This document shows, one piece after another, positions 19,361 through 28,297 of a stretch of 32,000 bases of DNA. The position numbers were made by a program, and so were the translations under genes. Position 1 is the first letter of the stretch. Every line of letters starts with the position of its first letter. The notes beneath the pieces were generated by a model that made no database searches, was not told the origin of the DNA, and saw only the letters and a program-made list of their open reading frames with translations. This DNA comes from an uncultured Opitutales bacterium. GTDB lineage: Bacteria; Verrucomicrobiota; Verrucomicrobiia; Opitutales; UBA9783. Where the stretch lies: positions 330,001 through 362,000 of the forward strand of contig CAKUSQ010000001.1 in the NCBI GenBank assembly GCA_934691225.1. Reading direction: 5' to 3'.

Positions 19361-20748
19361 AATAATTCAAATCTTGTCGTATCTAATTGTCCTGAAACGT
19401 ATGCTAATTGTGCCCAATTAACAGCTAAATCTGATTGTGATTTAATGCGCTTTAATCGCGCTTCTGATAATGTTTTTTGTGCGGATAACACATCTAATAA
19501 ATTATTCAATCCTGCATCGTAACCAATCCGAATAGCTGACAAAGTTTCCTGTGAAGCTTCTTCCAATGCTTTGGCTGAATCTAAAAGTTGAATAGAAGAC
19601 TGAAACGCATGAAAACTTGACCATACATCACGCAAAACTTGCAATTGCTGCGAACGGAACGCATACCTCTGTTCCTTGCGTACCGCATAACTTTCCATCG
19701 CTTTATATTGCTTATCAAATCCATCAAATAAGTTCCATGAAACGCCTATACCTACATTATAATTATGCTGCCAATGATTCCAATGCCGATGACGCAAAGT
19801 ACCTATGCTACCCGATAAATAAACAGAGGGCAAAGCTTCTTTTTTTGTCTTTTCATTTTCCCAATCCGAAGCACGGGTGGTAGCTTCTGCAGCCAACAAA
19901 TCTGCACGCTTTTGAAGCGCATTTTCCATTAAATCGTTAACTTCACCTGTTAATTCTACGACATTTTTAAGCTCTACTTCAACTTGAAATTCTTCAGAAA
20001 TAGGAAGCCCTACTGCCAAAGCTAAATCAGCTTTGCAACTTTCTAAGGTAGCCTGAGCTGCTTGCAAAGCATATTGGGCCTGTAACTTTTCAGCCTTAGC
20101 TAACAAAACATCTTGAATCCTAGCTAATCCGTGTGCCATTTTATTTTGGGCTGCTTCAAAAGAAATCTCTGCATCTTCCAAACTACTCTTTTGAGCTTCA
20201 ATCGCAGCTACTGCAGAGGCATAATTATAATAAGCCTTTTGCACATTAAATACCAGCGTTTGTAAAGCAAAATTATGATTGTAATTTGCAGCTGCCAAAG
20301 CACAAGCAGCTCTTTTAGCATCCGCAATACCTGCACCAAACTGAAACAATCGATAAGAAACATTTAAAGCTGGGCCCCACTGATCTACTTTTTTGCTTGT
20401 AACATTAGTAGCTCCAACTTGATTGCGTGTTATATCCATTTCTCCTGTAATTGATGGGAAAAATTGCGATTGCGCTCTTCCTTCCTGCGCTAACACACGC
20501 TTGGCATGCCACCAAGCCGATCGTGTTTGTGGGTTACGTGAAATCCCTAATTCCAATAGGGCCGGCAAAGAATAACGTCCTTCAAAATTAAATAATGGCT
20601 TATCCACATCACAATGAAAAGCTTGTGTTTTCACAGGCTTCCAAGCACAACTGGCATTTTCACTGACTTTTGGTTTAACCGTGCTACACCCTGACAACAT
20701 TAAAATCCATGCAATGAAGAAATGCTTGTTATAATTTTTAAGTAACAT
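19357..20748 (-). CDS. Outer-membrane efflux factor (TolC/OprM family) lipoprotein
   Basis: Lipobox ILMLSGCS. Duplicated helical-repeat architecture (ALAAANYN..., LESCKADLALAVG...). First gene of the OMF-MFP-RND set. Confidence 0.8.
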   Translation of the reverse strand: MLLKNYNKHFFIAWILMLSGCSTVKPKVSENASCAWKPVKTQAFHCDVDKPLFNFEGRYSLPALLELGISRNPQTRSAWWHAKRVLAQEGRAQSQFFPSITGEMDITRNQVGATNVTSKKVDQWGPALNVSYRLFQFGAGIADAKRAACALAAANYNHNFALQTLVFNVQKAYYNYASAVAAIEAQKSSLEDAEISFEAAQNKMAHGLARIQDVLLAKAEKLQAQYALQAAQATLESCKADLALAVGLPISEEFQVEVELKNVVELTGEVNDLMENALQKRADLLAAEATTRASDWENEKTKKEALPSVYLSGSIGTLRHRHWNHWQHNYNVGIGVSWNLFDGFDKQYKAMESYAVRKEQRYAFRSQQLQVLRDVWSSFHAFQSSIQLLDSAKALEEASQETLSAIRIGYDAGLNNLLDVLSAQKTLSEARLKRIKSQSDLAVNWAQLAYVSGQLDTTRFELL

Positions 20749-20853
20749 AGATTTTCCCTTATTTAAAATTCCTGCAATGCATACAAAAACGTCGCATAAG
20801 TTGGAATTGTGAACAAAGCAAAAATTTTTTTCAAGATTTTTTTACCGTTTCAA

Positions 20854-22239
20854 TTAATTTTTCAATACACGCATCTTTTGCCAATTACCTCGGCGAAACC
20901 ACACAAAAAAACAAATCAACAATAATCCATGTTCTAAGCAAGCTAACTGTACAAAAATGACTGGATTCATATGGTAATGCGAAATTAAAAAATAGGTAGG
21001 AAGCAAGCACAATCCCCAAGAAGCAGTTACATTGAAAAGCAAAACAATTTTCGTTTTTAGTAAGGCAAATAAAAAATACTGTGCACAAAAACAAAATGTT
21101 TCAACCACAAATAAAACCCAATACCATGTTAGAAATAATGTAATTTGTCTCTTAAATAGCGGATTTTTCAGAAATTCATCTGAGGCTAAAAAATGAACAA
21201 TCGGGCTTGAAAACAGTAAAAAAATAAGAAATAGCACCGCAAAAATACACGTCAATTGGCAAGCTTTTTTTAAGACTTTCCCCATTAAAAAAGGCTGATT
21301 AGATCCAACAAAATTTGCACATAGTGTTCCAACACCTTTACCCGTACCATCCATTACAAAAAAAACAAAATTGTAAATTGTAAAAGAAATGCAATATGCC
21401 TTGTACAAAGGCAAAGGAAGTTCTAACGAAAGAAATTGGTATCCCATGGACCATCCTCCCATCAAAACGCCACATGTAGCTGCATTAGGCATTCCAATAT
21501 GAATGCATTCTTTTAAAAAACTCCAAGACCAACACAAGGTATTAATTCCATACTTGGAACGATATTTTTTTCTTAAAAATAATATTAAAAAAATAAAAAA
21601 AGAACAAAGATTTGCAATGTTTGTTGCCAAAGCAGCACCTACAATACCCAAACTAGGAATGCCTAAGCCACCAAAAACAAACCAAACATCTAAAATTCCA
21701 TTGAGGAAATTAACCGTTAAAAGCACTAACGGTATCTTTTTTGTTTCTCCTCGGCCAACAAAAAACGCACCTATAGCACCAAAAGCTGCCATTTCAAAAG
21801 GCAATGTTGATAAAAGTAGCTGCAAATAAGGCAGCCCTATCTCTTCTATATTATCGGCTAGTAAATAGTGAGCATTCCATATAATGGGGATAAGTATAAA
21901 ATAAGTCAAAAAAGACAATATCACCATTTGCCAAACTGCAGGACCGATCCTACGATACAAGCGCGCACCATTAAAGCGTCCAACAAACACTTCTGTACAC
22001 ATCACAAAGGACATAAAAATGCCTTCAAACGTCCAAAACCATGGCTGAGCTGCTGAACAAGCGTCAAAAGCACTCGACTGATATCGTGCTAAAATAGCTC
22101 TATCGATAAACGTCATAAAGCTACCTGAAAACGATGCCAACATTAAAGGCCAAGCGATTGTCCATAACTCACGCAATGTACCAGATTCATAACGCGTTAA
22201 TCGGCATTCTGTTTTAACACTAAGTGAGTTTTCTAACAT
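20854..22239 (-). CDS. MATE-family multidrug/toxin efflux transporter
   Basis: 461 aa, about 12 TM. N-terminal LRELWTIAWPLMLASFSGSFMTFIDRAILARY is typical of MatE repeats. Confidence 0.85.
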   Translation of the reverse strand: MLENSLSVKTECRLTRYESGTLRELWTIAWPLMLASFSGSFMTFIDRAILARYQSSAFDACSAAQPWFWTFEGIFMSFVMCTEVFVGRFNGARLYRRIGPAVWQMVILSFLTYFILIPIIWNAHYLLADNIEEIGLPYLQLLLSTLPFEMAAFGAIGAFFVGRGETKKIPLVLLTVNFLNGILDVWFVFGGLGIPSLGIVGAALATNIANLCSFFIFLILFLRKKYRSKYGINTLCWSWSFLKECIHIGMPNAATCGVLMGGWSMGYQFLSLELPLPLYKAYCISFTIYNFVFFVMDGTGKGVGTLCANFVGSNQPFLMGKVLKKACQLTCIFAVLFLIFLLFSSPIVHFLASDEFLKNPLFKRQITLFLTWYWVLFVVETFCFCAQYFLFALLKTKIVLLFNVTASWGLCLLPTYFLISHYHMNPVIFVQLACLEHGLLLICFFVWFRRGNWQKMRVLKN

Positions 22240-22242
22240 ACA

Positions 22243-23613
22243 CTAAATTTCGTAGCGTTGGCCAACATTAGGATCTAAAACAAACAAGTTTTTAGCGTGC
22301 GTTTTAAATTTCTTTTTAAACCAATCCCTAGCTTCTGAATCACCATGGGTTAAAATAACCTTTTTCGGGGCTTGCTTAACTACAAATTCGTATAAATCAT
22401 CACGATCTGCATGACCACTTAAGTCAAACTTTTCAATTTTTGCACGAACTTTCGTTTCATAATCTAACGCGTCAAACTTAAAAGATTCGTTTAGCTTTGC
22501 CTGCAACAATTTACCACCTGGTGTATCTTCATCACAGTATCCAACAAAACAAATAGTATTTTTATTATCTTTCAATAAACATGCCGCTACATTGTAAGCC
22601 GGTGTATGCTCGACAAGCATCCCGCTGCTAAGCAAGTAAATAGCTGGTGATTTTAAAGTTGATTTTCGCGGATCAAATTTTTTACGCCGCAACGATTTTA
22701 TGTTGAGTTTCTTTAAAATTTGACGACTAAAATTAACAGAAGCTAATTTTTTCCCTATTTCATCAAATGTCCCCACCAGAGACATACCTAACCCTGAACA
22801 AAAAATAGGACATTCTGGATATTGATTGGCCTTACGAGCTTTGTATAACAACACCAATAATTCTTGAACTCGTCCAAGTGCAAACGCAGGAATTAAACAA
22901 GTCCCTCCTCGCTTAATAGTTTTACGAATAACTTTGATCAAACGTACTTCTTCATCTCTACGCAACGCTGTTCTTTCTGTACATCCACGCGTTGTTTCAA
23001 GAATAATCGTATCTAAATGATCGATACATGGAACTTGGGCTCCACGCAAAGAATTTTGATCTGTAAACAGAATGTCACCTGTAATAAATACCTGGCGACC
23101 CTCATATTCAATAAGAATACTTGAAGCACCTAAAACATGACCCGCTGAAAAAATCGTCAATTTAGCTTCATGCCCATCTTTTTCCAAACAGTAAGGTTTA
23201 TTATATTTTAAAACAAAAAACTTTTTTGCTAATTGCGCAATGTCATCCTTATTAAATAAAGGGTATTCAGGAATGGACTTTTCTTCCTTTTGTCGACACA
23301 TCACCGAGTAAGAATTTTCCAACATCAAGGGTGCTAGTAGACTCGTAGGATGGCTTACAAGAATTTGTGCATTTGGCTGTTTTTTAGCTAAAATAGGTAA
23401 TCCGCCCAAATGGTCTAAATGGCAATGGGTCAGTACAATAAAATCTACCGAATTAGGTTCCAACAATTGAAAATTGGGTAATGCTTTATACCCTAATTGT
23501 TTCGGATCCATTCCCGAATCAATCACAAAACGAAAAGGCCCAAACTCTAATAAAAGGCCATTTGCACCGATTTCTTTTTTAAAATTAAGATCTTGTATAA
23601 AAAATTTATTCAC
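22243..23613 (-). CDS. Metallo-beta-lactamase fold, beta-CASP family hydrolase (RNA-metabolising type)
   Basis: HxHxDH motif LTHCHLDHLGG, SAGHVLGAS, ITGD. Beta-CASP motifs ILETTRG, DLSGHADRDDL, ILTHGD. Ends 3 nt before the MATE start. Confidence 0.85.
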   Translation of the reverse strand: MNKFFIQDLNFKKEIGANGLLLEFGPFRFVIDSGMDPKQLGYKALPNFQLLEPNSVDFIVLTHCHLDHLGGLPILAKKQPNAQILVSHPTSLLAPLMLENSYSVMCRQKEEKSIPEYPLFNKDDIAQLAKKFFVLKYNKPYCLEKDGHEAKLTIFSAGHVLGASSILIEYEGRQVFITGDILFTDQNSLRGAQVPCIDHLDTIILETTRGCTERTALRRDEEVRLIKVIRKTIKRGGTCLIPAFALGRVQELLVLLYKARKANQYPECPIFCSGLGMSLVGTFDEIGKKLASVNFSRQILKKLNIKSLRRKKFDPRKSTLKSPAIYLLSSGMLVEHTPAYNVAACLLKDNKNTICFVGYCDEDTPGGKLLQAKLNESFKFDALDYETKVRAKIEKFDLSGHADRDDLYEFVVKQAPKKVILTHGDSEARDWFKKKFKTHAKNLFVLDPNVGQRYEI

Positions 23614-23717
23614 AAATAAAAATCTAAGTTAAAAACAGAAAATATTTTCTCTTTGAATCTTATAAAAACGTAAACAATAAATACCATTATGGCAAGTTTA
23701 TTCCTTTTAATTCACTT

Positions 23718-24097
23718 TGGTGGAGGTGGCGGGATTTGAACCCGCGTCTTTTATAAAATCTTCGAAAGCTTCTACATATTTAGCACCTTGTTAAAGTCCA
23801 ATGTAATACCATAGATGCATGTTCTACATTGCAAGTTACCTAAAAATACAGCAAAAATCGGCAACTATTTCTGCTATACTCGTTCAAACAGTCTTTAGCA
23901 CTTAACGAGCATCTGCACTAAAAACAGAACTGTATTATTAACAATCCATTTGATCAAGCAGCTACCGCTAAGGAAGCGCTTGGGAATTTTACAACATTAT
24001 TTTCATTTATTGTTGCGATGGATTGATAACGAAGCCAACCATCATCTTCGATATGCCACTTTCGCATCTTTTACAAAATCGAATCCGGAACACCCCC
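23718..24097 (-). ncRNA. ssrA: tmRNA (SsrA)
   Basis: The minus strand starts GGGGGTGTTCCGGATTCGA and ends GACGCGGGTTCAAATCCCGCCACCTCCACCA. The acceptor stem GGGGGUG/CACCUCC includes a G3:U pair, followed by a T-arm and CCA. Internal tag frame (23954-24016, minus): GCA ACA ATA AAT GAA AAT AAT GTT GTA AAA TTC CCA AGC GCT TCC TTA GCG GTA GCT GCT TGA, giving ATINENNVVKFPSASLAVAA*. Confidence 0.93.
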
Positions 24098-24169
24098 AAC
24101 TTCAAAGATCAAAATTTTCTATAAAATTATGGAATAATAAATAACGATCTTTGTCAATTAATAAAAATA

Positions 24170-24198
24170 TGGACTTCTTTTAAAAAATATGCTATATT
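24170..24198 (+). promoter_or_regulatory. Candidate extended -10 promoter for the 24205 gene (possibly a leaderless transcript)
   Basis: TGGACT (24170-24175), 17 nt spacer, then TGcTATATT (24190-24198). The usual +1 distance lands on or next to the ATG at 24205, and no Shine-Dalgarno sequence precedes that ATG. Confidence 0.35.
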
Positions 24199-24204
24199 CA
24201 TTTT

Positions 24205-24788
24205 ATGAATAAGAGTTTTTGTTATTTACTTGTGGGGTTTTTATTTTTTCAAAATGTTAATATTATTTCAGCAGCGAGATATTCCCCTCACAAACCAAGT
24301 ACTGCCACGTTTAATAATAATCACAATAAAAAAAAACCAAAACCTTTTAACAAAAAAAACATACTTTACCACGTGAACAAATTGATGAATTTTCGGATTT
24401 CAACATTGAATCAATAAACAAACAGAAAACACTAATCGATGCACTATATGCTAGCATTGATTATTTAAAAAAGATTTCTCAAATTATTTGTGATAAAGCT
24501 CGAGAATATTGGAACAAACGTGATGATAAACTCATTGCATCCGAATTCGCGGTTCTCGGTGGAGACATAGAAAACACAATAATCTTTATAAATAATTGCA
24601 TTTGTTTCCTTAGTATAAATATTAACGAGCTTGCAAGCCTTAGCGCGGAAGACATGGCAGATTGGATAGAAAAAATCAACACACATGTGTTAGATTTAAA
24701 TCAAAAAAACATCTTACAAATAAACATAGAAAAGCATAGTGAAAAAATTAGGGAAAGCGCAAAAAATCTGCGAGATCTATTGTTGTAA
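24205..24788 (+). pseudogene. Signal-peptide protein gene split by a frameshift at a poly(A) tract: either slippage-dependent or a pseudogene
   Basis: The ORF at 24205-24417 (MNKSFCYLLVGFLFFQNVNIISAARY..., frame 1) runs through A9 (24328-24336) and A8 (24352-24359). A second frame is open from 24351 to the TAA at 24786-24788 (146 codons) and has no ATG/GTG/TTG until codon ~102. It encodes a plausible helical protein (HTLPREQIDEF...IDALYASIDYLKKISQIICDKAREYWNKRDDK...). One extra A in the A8 run fuses both into a ~195 aa product. Confidence 0.5.
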
Positions 24789-24814
24789 ATTATTCTAATT
24801 AAATCTTTTTAAAA

Positions 24815-25855
24815 ATGAAAACTTTTCTGTCATTTATTGTCACTTTATTTCTAACATTGCTTTGCAAAGCTTTTCCTATGCAAGGATTAGAATGTTTTTG
24901 CCATGATACACCCAACGTACCATTTATAAATAACAACTGTTGGATAAATACAGTTCAATTACTCAATAATCAAAATAATCCATTTAATAATCTATTTAAT
25001 TTACAAAACAACACTTACTCATGGAATTTGAACGGGGTTCTCAATCTTCAGAATATAAACTTAAATCCTCTACCCCTCCAACAACAAGCTACACTTGCTA
25101 TTACCCGATTTTGCATTGGAATAACAAATAATCGTCCTCTTCCAGCATTTCAAGATCTACGAGCTCTTGTTCGAACTCATGCAGATGCACATGAAGCACA
25201 AAATAATCTTGCGCATGCATTAGCATCTGGTGGTTACAATGCACCTAGTGCTCAATTCCTGCACGCATTATTTGCGCCAGGAGGAATTCCTCAAAACCTA
25301 GTGGTCAACAATAACCTAGTAGTCAACAATAACGTCGGAATTATATTGAAACTACAACATAGAGCTAGTAAAAACCTTAAAGAAATTCATTGGTCAAGTT
25401 CATCTGCGATAACAGTAGATCTTAAATTATGGGGTAAAATTTTACATGAAGTCATTCGACAAAATACACAACAAATACGACGACTTTTTAATCTACAACA
25501 AAATGTTCAACAGCTTCTTAACGCATCACAACAATTTTTAGTTTTATTTCAAGTATTTTTAAATGCAAATGTATTTCCTGTTAATAATCAAAACCTTTTA
25601 AACTTATTTCAACAGCAACAACCACAACGTTTGGCATTCCAACAACTTTTAAATGCAAATCAAAACCTTTTACAGCAACAAAATGTACAACCACAACTCC
25701 AACGACTTTTAAATGAACAACAACTATTTTTAAATGCACCTCAACCTCAGTATGTAAGTATAAAACAAAGGATTGACAGACCTTTTAATATTTTGAACCA
25801 ACAAGTTCCTAATTCAGCCACTTTCGTGCTTTACGATGCAACCTCACACAATTAA
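24815..25855 (+). CDS. Secreted Q/N-rich repeat protein of unknown function; possible clan CA cysteine-peptidase core
   Basis: Signal-like N-terminus MKTFLSFIVTLFLTLLCKAF. Cys-box-like PFINNNCWINTVQLL (Cys42). His-box-like LKLQHRASKNLKEIHW (His182, His192). The C-terminal third is degenerate LLN/FLN-x-Q repeats. The stop abuts the trmB stop with 0 nt between them. Confidence 0.7.
   Translation: MKTFLSFIVTLFLTLLCKAFPMQGLECFCHDTPNVPFINNNCWINTVQLLNNQNNPFNNLFNLQNNTYSWNLNGVLNLQNINLNPLPLQQQATLAITRFCIGITNNRPLPAFQDLRALVRTHADAHEAQNNLAHALASGGYNAPSAQFLHALFAPGGIPQNLVVNNNLVVNNNVGIILKLQHRASKNLKEIHWSSSSAITVDLKLWGKILHEVIRQNTQQIRRLFNLQQNVQQLLNASQQFLVLFQVFLNANVFPVNNQNLLNLFQQQQPQRLAFQQLLNANQNLLQQQNVQPQLQRLLNEQQLFLNAPQPQYVSIKQRIDRPFNILNQQVPNSATFVLYDATSHN
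25298..25333 (+). repeat. 18 nt tandem duplication inside the Q/N-rich gene
   Basis: CTAGTGGTCAACAATAAC followed by CTAGTAGTCAACAATAAC (one mismatch), encoding LVVNNN twice. Confidence 0.9.
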
Positions 25856-26452
25856 TTAAATTTTCTCAAATACGGCATGATAACCTTGTTGTCCTGTAAG
25901 ACGAGAAAAAACAGTGTCAACTGAATACGTTTCAGCCTCAACTTTCTGCCAATAGGGGTGTAAATCTATCCGTTGGCAAACTTCTTTAAAATATTCCAAT
26001 GTATCTGTTTCAAAATGTATTTTTGCATTGGAATTTACGCGTTTTGCTAATTGTGACAAAAACTCTAGTTGAAAAAGTCGATTTTTATGATGACGACGTT
26101 TAGGCCAAGGATCCGGATACAAAATAATAATTTCATCCCAACGAAATGTCTCTGGCAAACAATCTAAAAACTCTTCTGCTCGCGCTTTTAAAAAACAACA
26201 ATTGTTCAGATTATATCGTTTCGCTTTTTTTAACGATTTCTCGATGCGTTGTGTTATTAAATCAATTCCTACACAAAAACGATCGGGGTAATTTTGCGCA
26301 TAATTTACTAAAAAATCCCCATGACCTGAACCAATCTCAAGCGTTTTAAAAGATAACGATGTTTTTAGAAAATCTTGCAAATAATTGGATAAATGTTGCT
26401 TCCGTAAGTATACAGTTTCTAGAAAATTTTGATATGTTGCTTCATTATTCAT
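25856..26452 (-). CDS. trmB: tRNA (guanine-N7)-methyltransferase TrmB
   Basis: SAM motif [11 protein letters not shown] and the TrmB block [17 protein letters not shown]. The start overlaps the mnmG stop by 8 nt. Confidence 0.9.
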   Translation of the reverse strand: MNNEATYQNFLETVYLRKQHLSNYLQDFLKTSLSFKTLEIGSGHGDFLVNYAQNYPDRFCVGIDLITQRIEKSLKKAKRYNLNNCCFLKARAEEFLDCLPETFRWDEIIILYPDPWPKRRHHKNRLFQLEFLSQLAKRVNSNAKIHFETDTLEYFKEVCQRIDLHPYWQKVEAETYSVDTVFSRLTGQQGYHAVFEKI

Positions 26453-28295
26453 GGGTAGATGTATATTTTTTTAAAGCAATCATTAAAATTTGTATATCGG
26501 CAGGATTAACACCACTTATGCGTGAAGCATGACCTAACGTTAATGGGCGTAAAACCTCAAGCTTTTGTAAACTTTCGTTGCGCAAACCATGCACTTCTCG
26601 GTAGTTAAACGCTTCAGGAATTCTAATCGCATCCAACCATTTTGTTTTTTCAATCTGCTTTTTTTCACGCTCTAGATAACCTCTATAACGAATTCTATAA
26701 AGAATTTCCTCGCGCACCGACTCTTTTAAATTATTAAATGCTTCGGGTAATTCAGGAAGAGAATAACTGGCTTCGCTTTGTTCTCGACGGATACAATCGC
26801 CTAATGTTTGCCCTTGCTCCACTTTTGTTGTTTCTAAAATTTGGACCCATTTATCGATGGCACACTGTTTACAATGAATTGCCTTCAATCTTTCATTATC
26901 TAAACAGTGCCATTGTTTAGCCTTCTCATATAAACGCAATTCAGCACTTCCATGATTTAAGACCAAACGATGTTCTGCGCGTCCTGTGAACATACGGTAA
27001 GGCTCTTGCGTACCTTTTGTTGTCAAATCATCTACCAAAACACCTATATAACTCTCATCGCGTGATAAAATACACGGTGGTTCTCCCAAAACTTTAGCGG
27101 CTGCATTGATTCCTGCTAATAGTCCTTGCCCAGCAGCTTCCTCATAACCGGATGTACCGTTAATTTGTCCCGCCATAAACAAACCATCCATGCGCTTACT
27201 TTCTAAGGAAGGATGCAAATCTGTTGGGTCTGAATATACATATTCAACTGCATACGCTGGTCGAATCAAAACAGCATTTTCTAACCCAGGAATTGTCTTT
27301 AACATTTCTAATTGAACATCCACAGGTAAGCTGGTTGATAAACCATTAATATACCATTCATCTGTACAAATGCCTTCAGGTTCTAAGAATAAACGATGAC
27401 GTTCTCTATCAGAAAAGCGAACACATTTATCCTCTATGCTAGGACAATAACGTGGTCCTTTACCTTGAATATTTCCTGAAAACAAAGCTGATCGTTTTAA
27501 ATTGTCCCTTATAATTTTATGCGTTTGTTCATTTGTGTATGTCATCCAACAAGAACATGTGTATGTTCCAGGTGTCCATGCCGTAGGTATAGTACTTTCG
27601 CTATCTTTACGTGTATCGTAAAAGCCAAAAAAACAAGGTTTTTTATCGCTAGGTTGTTCGTCACAAACTGAAAAATCAATACTTTTACCTAAGATCCTCG
27701 CAGGTGTTCCTGTTTTGAATAACCCAAGAGGAAATCCTAAATTTTCAAGATCATCTACTAAAGGATAACTAGCAAAATCGCCCATACGACCTCCTGGAAA
27801 ATGTGTCGATCCTATATGCAGCCTTCCTCCTAAAAAAGTTCCTGTTGTCAAAACAACAGCCTTAGCGAAAATCTCACCATAAATGCGTGTTCTAACCCCA
27901 CAAATTTTTTCATTTTGATGCATCAAACCTATCACTTCATCTTGCAAAAGACGCAAATTCGGGTGTTGTTCTAAGCGGTATTTCATGCTGATTTGATAAC
28001 ATTTCTTATCGCATTGCGCACGAGGTGCTTGCACAGCCATACCTTTGGAGCGATTTAATACACGAAATTGAATAGCTGTTTCATCCGCATTAATAGCCAT
28101 TAAACCTCCTAGTGCATCAATTTCACGAACAATGTGTCCTTTGGCTAACCCTCCAATTGATGGATTGCAACTCATCTGTGCAATTGTGTCTAAGTTATTT
28201 GTCAGTAATACAACCGAAATACCTTTTTGTGCTGCTATCCAAGCAGCTTCACAACCTGCGTGCCCACCTCCACATACAATAACATCAAATTTCAT
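26445..28295 (-). CDS. mnmG: tRNA uridine 5-carboxymethylaminomethyl modification enzyme MnmG (GidA)
   Basis: FAD motif [16 protein letters not shown], with conserved blocks [14 protein letters not shown] and [12 protein letters not shown] use the ATG (MKFDVIV) at 28295 rather than the upstream TTG at 28313 in the ORF track. Confidence 0.95.
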   Translation of the reverse strand: MKFDVIVCGGGHAGCEAAWIAAQKGISVVLLTNNLDTIAQMSCNPSIGGLAKGHIVREIDALGGLMAINADETAIQFRVLNRSKGMAVQAPRAQCDKKCYQISMKYRLEQHPNLRLLQDEVIGLMHQNEKICGVRTRIYGEIFAKAVVLTTGTFLGGRLHIGSTHFPGGRMGDFASYPLVDDLENLGFPLGLFKTGTPARILGKSIDFSVCDEQPSDKKPCFFGFYDTRKDSESTIPTAWTPGTYTCSCWMTYTNEQTHKIIRDNLKRSALFSGNIQGKGPRYCPSIEDKCVRFSDRERHRLFLEPEGICTDEWYINGLSTSLPVDVQLEMLKTIPGLENAVLIRPAYAVEYVYSDPTDLHPSLESKRMDGLFMAGQINGTSGYEEAAGQGLLAGINAAAKVLGEPPCILSRDESYIGVLVDDLTTKGTQEPYRMFTGRAEHRLVLNHGSAELRLYEKAKQWHCLDNERLKAIHCKQCAIDKWVQILETTKVEQGQTLGDCIRREQSEASYSLPELPEAFNNLKESVREEILYRIRYRGYLEREKKQIEKTKWLDAIRIPEAFNYREVHGLRNESLQKLEVLRPLTLGHASRISGVNPADIQILMIALKKYTSTHE

Positions 28296-28297
28296 AA

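Noticed and set aside
20600-20608. Perfect consensus DnaA box TTATCCACA
   Set aside because: It is a single copy inside the OMF coding sequence with no neighbouring boxes, which is consistent with chance. One-mismatch copies (TTATCCACC) near 1465 and 28578 are likewise isolated and within coding sequence.
23631-23650. Palindrome AGAAAATATTTTCT followed by GTTTTT on the minus strand, as a terminator after tmRNA
   Set aside because: The stem is essentially all A:U with room for only a 2-4 nt loop. It is too weak to call as a feature and is mentioned only as context.
23950-24144. 64 aa plus-strand ORF (TTG start)
   Set aside because: It lies antisense across the 5' half of the tmRNA gene, and the tmRNA call explains the sequence.
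23614-24204. ssrA as an island integration site for the 24205-25855 cassette
   Set aside because: The cassette lies on the 5' side of ssrA, whereas integrases target the 3' end. There is no duplicated ssrA 3' segment and no recombinase gene.
24465-24686. Two overlapping minus-strand ORFs of 73 and 67 aa in the track
   Set aside because: They are antisense to a 146-codon open plus-strand frame with a far more protein-like translation. I treat them as shadows of the frameshifted plus-strand gene.
25480-25760. Degenerate DNA repeats (CTTTTAAATGCAAAT-like units), considered as a possible CRISPR or other non-coding repeat array
   Set aside because: The units are irregularly spaced, diverged, and lie in-frame within the Q/N-rich ORF, encoding LLN/FLN-x-Q. 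They are coding repeats, not a CRISPR array.
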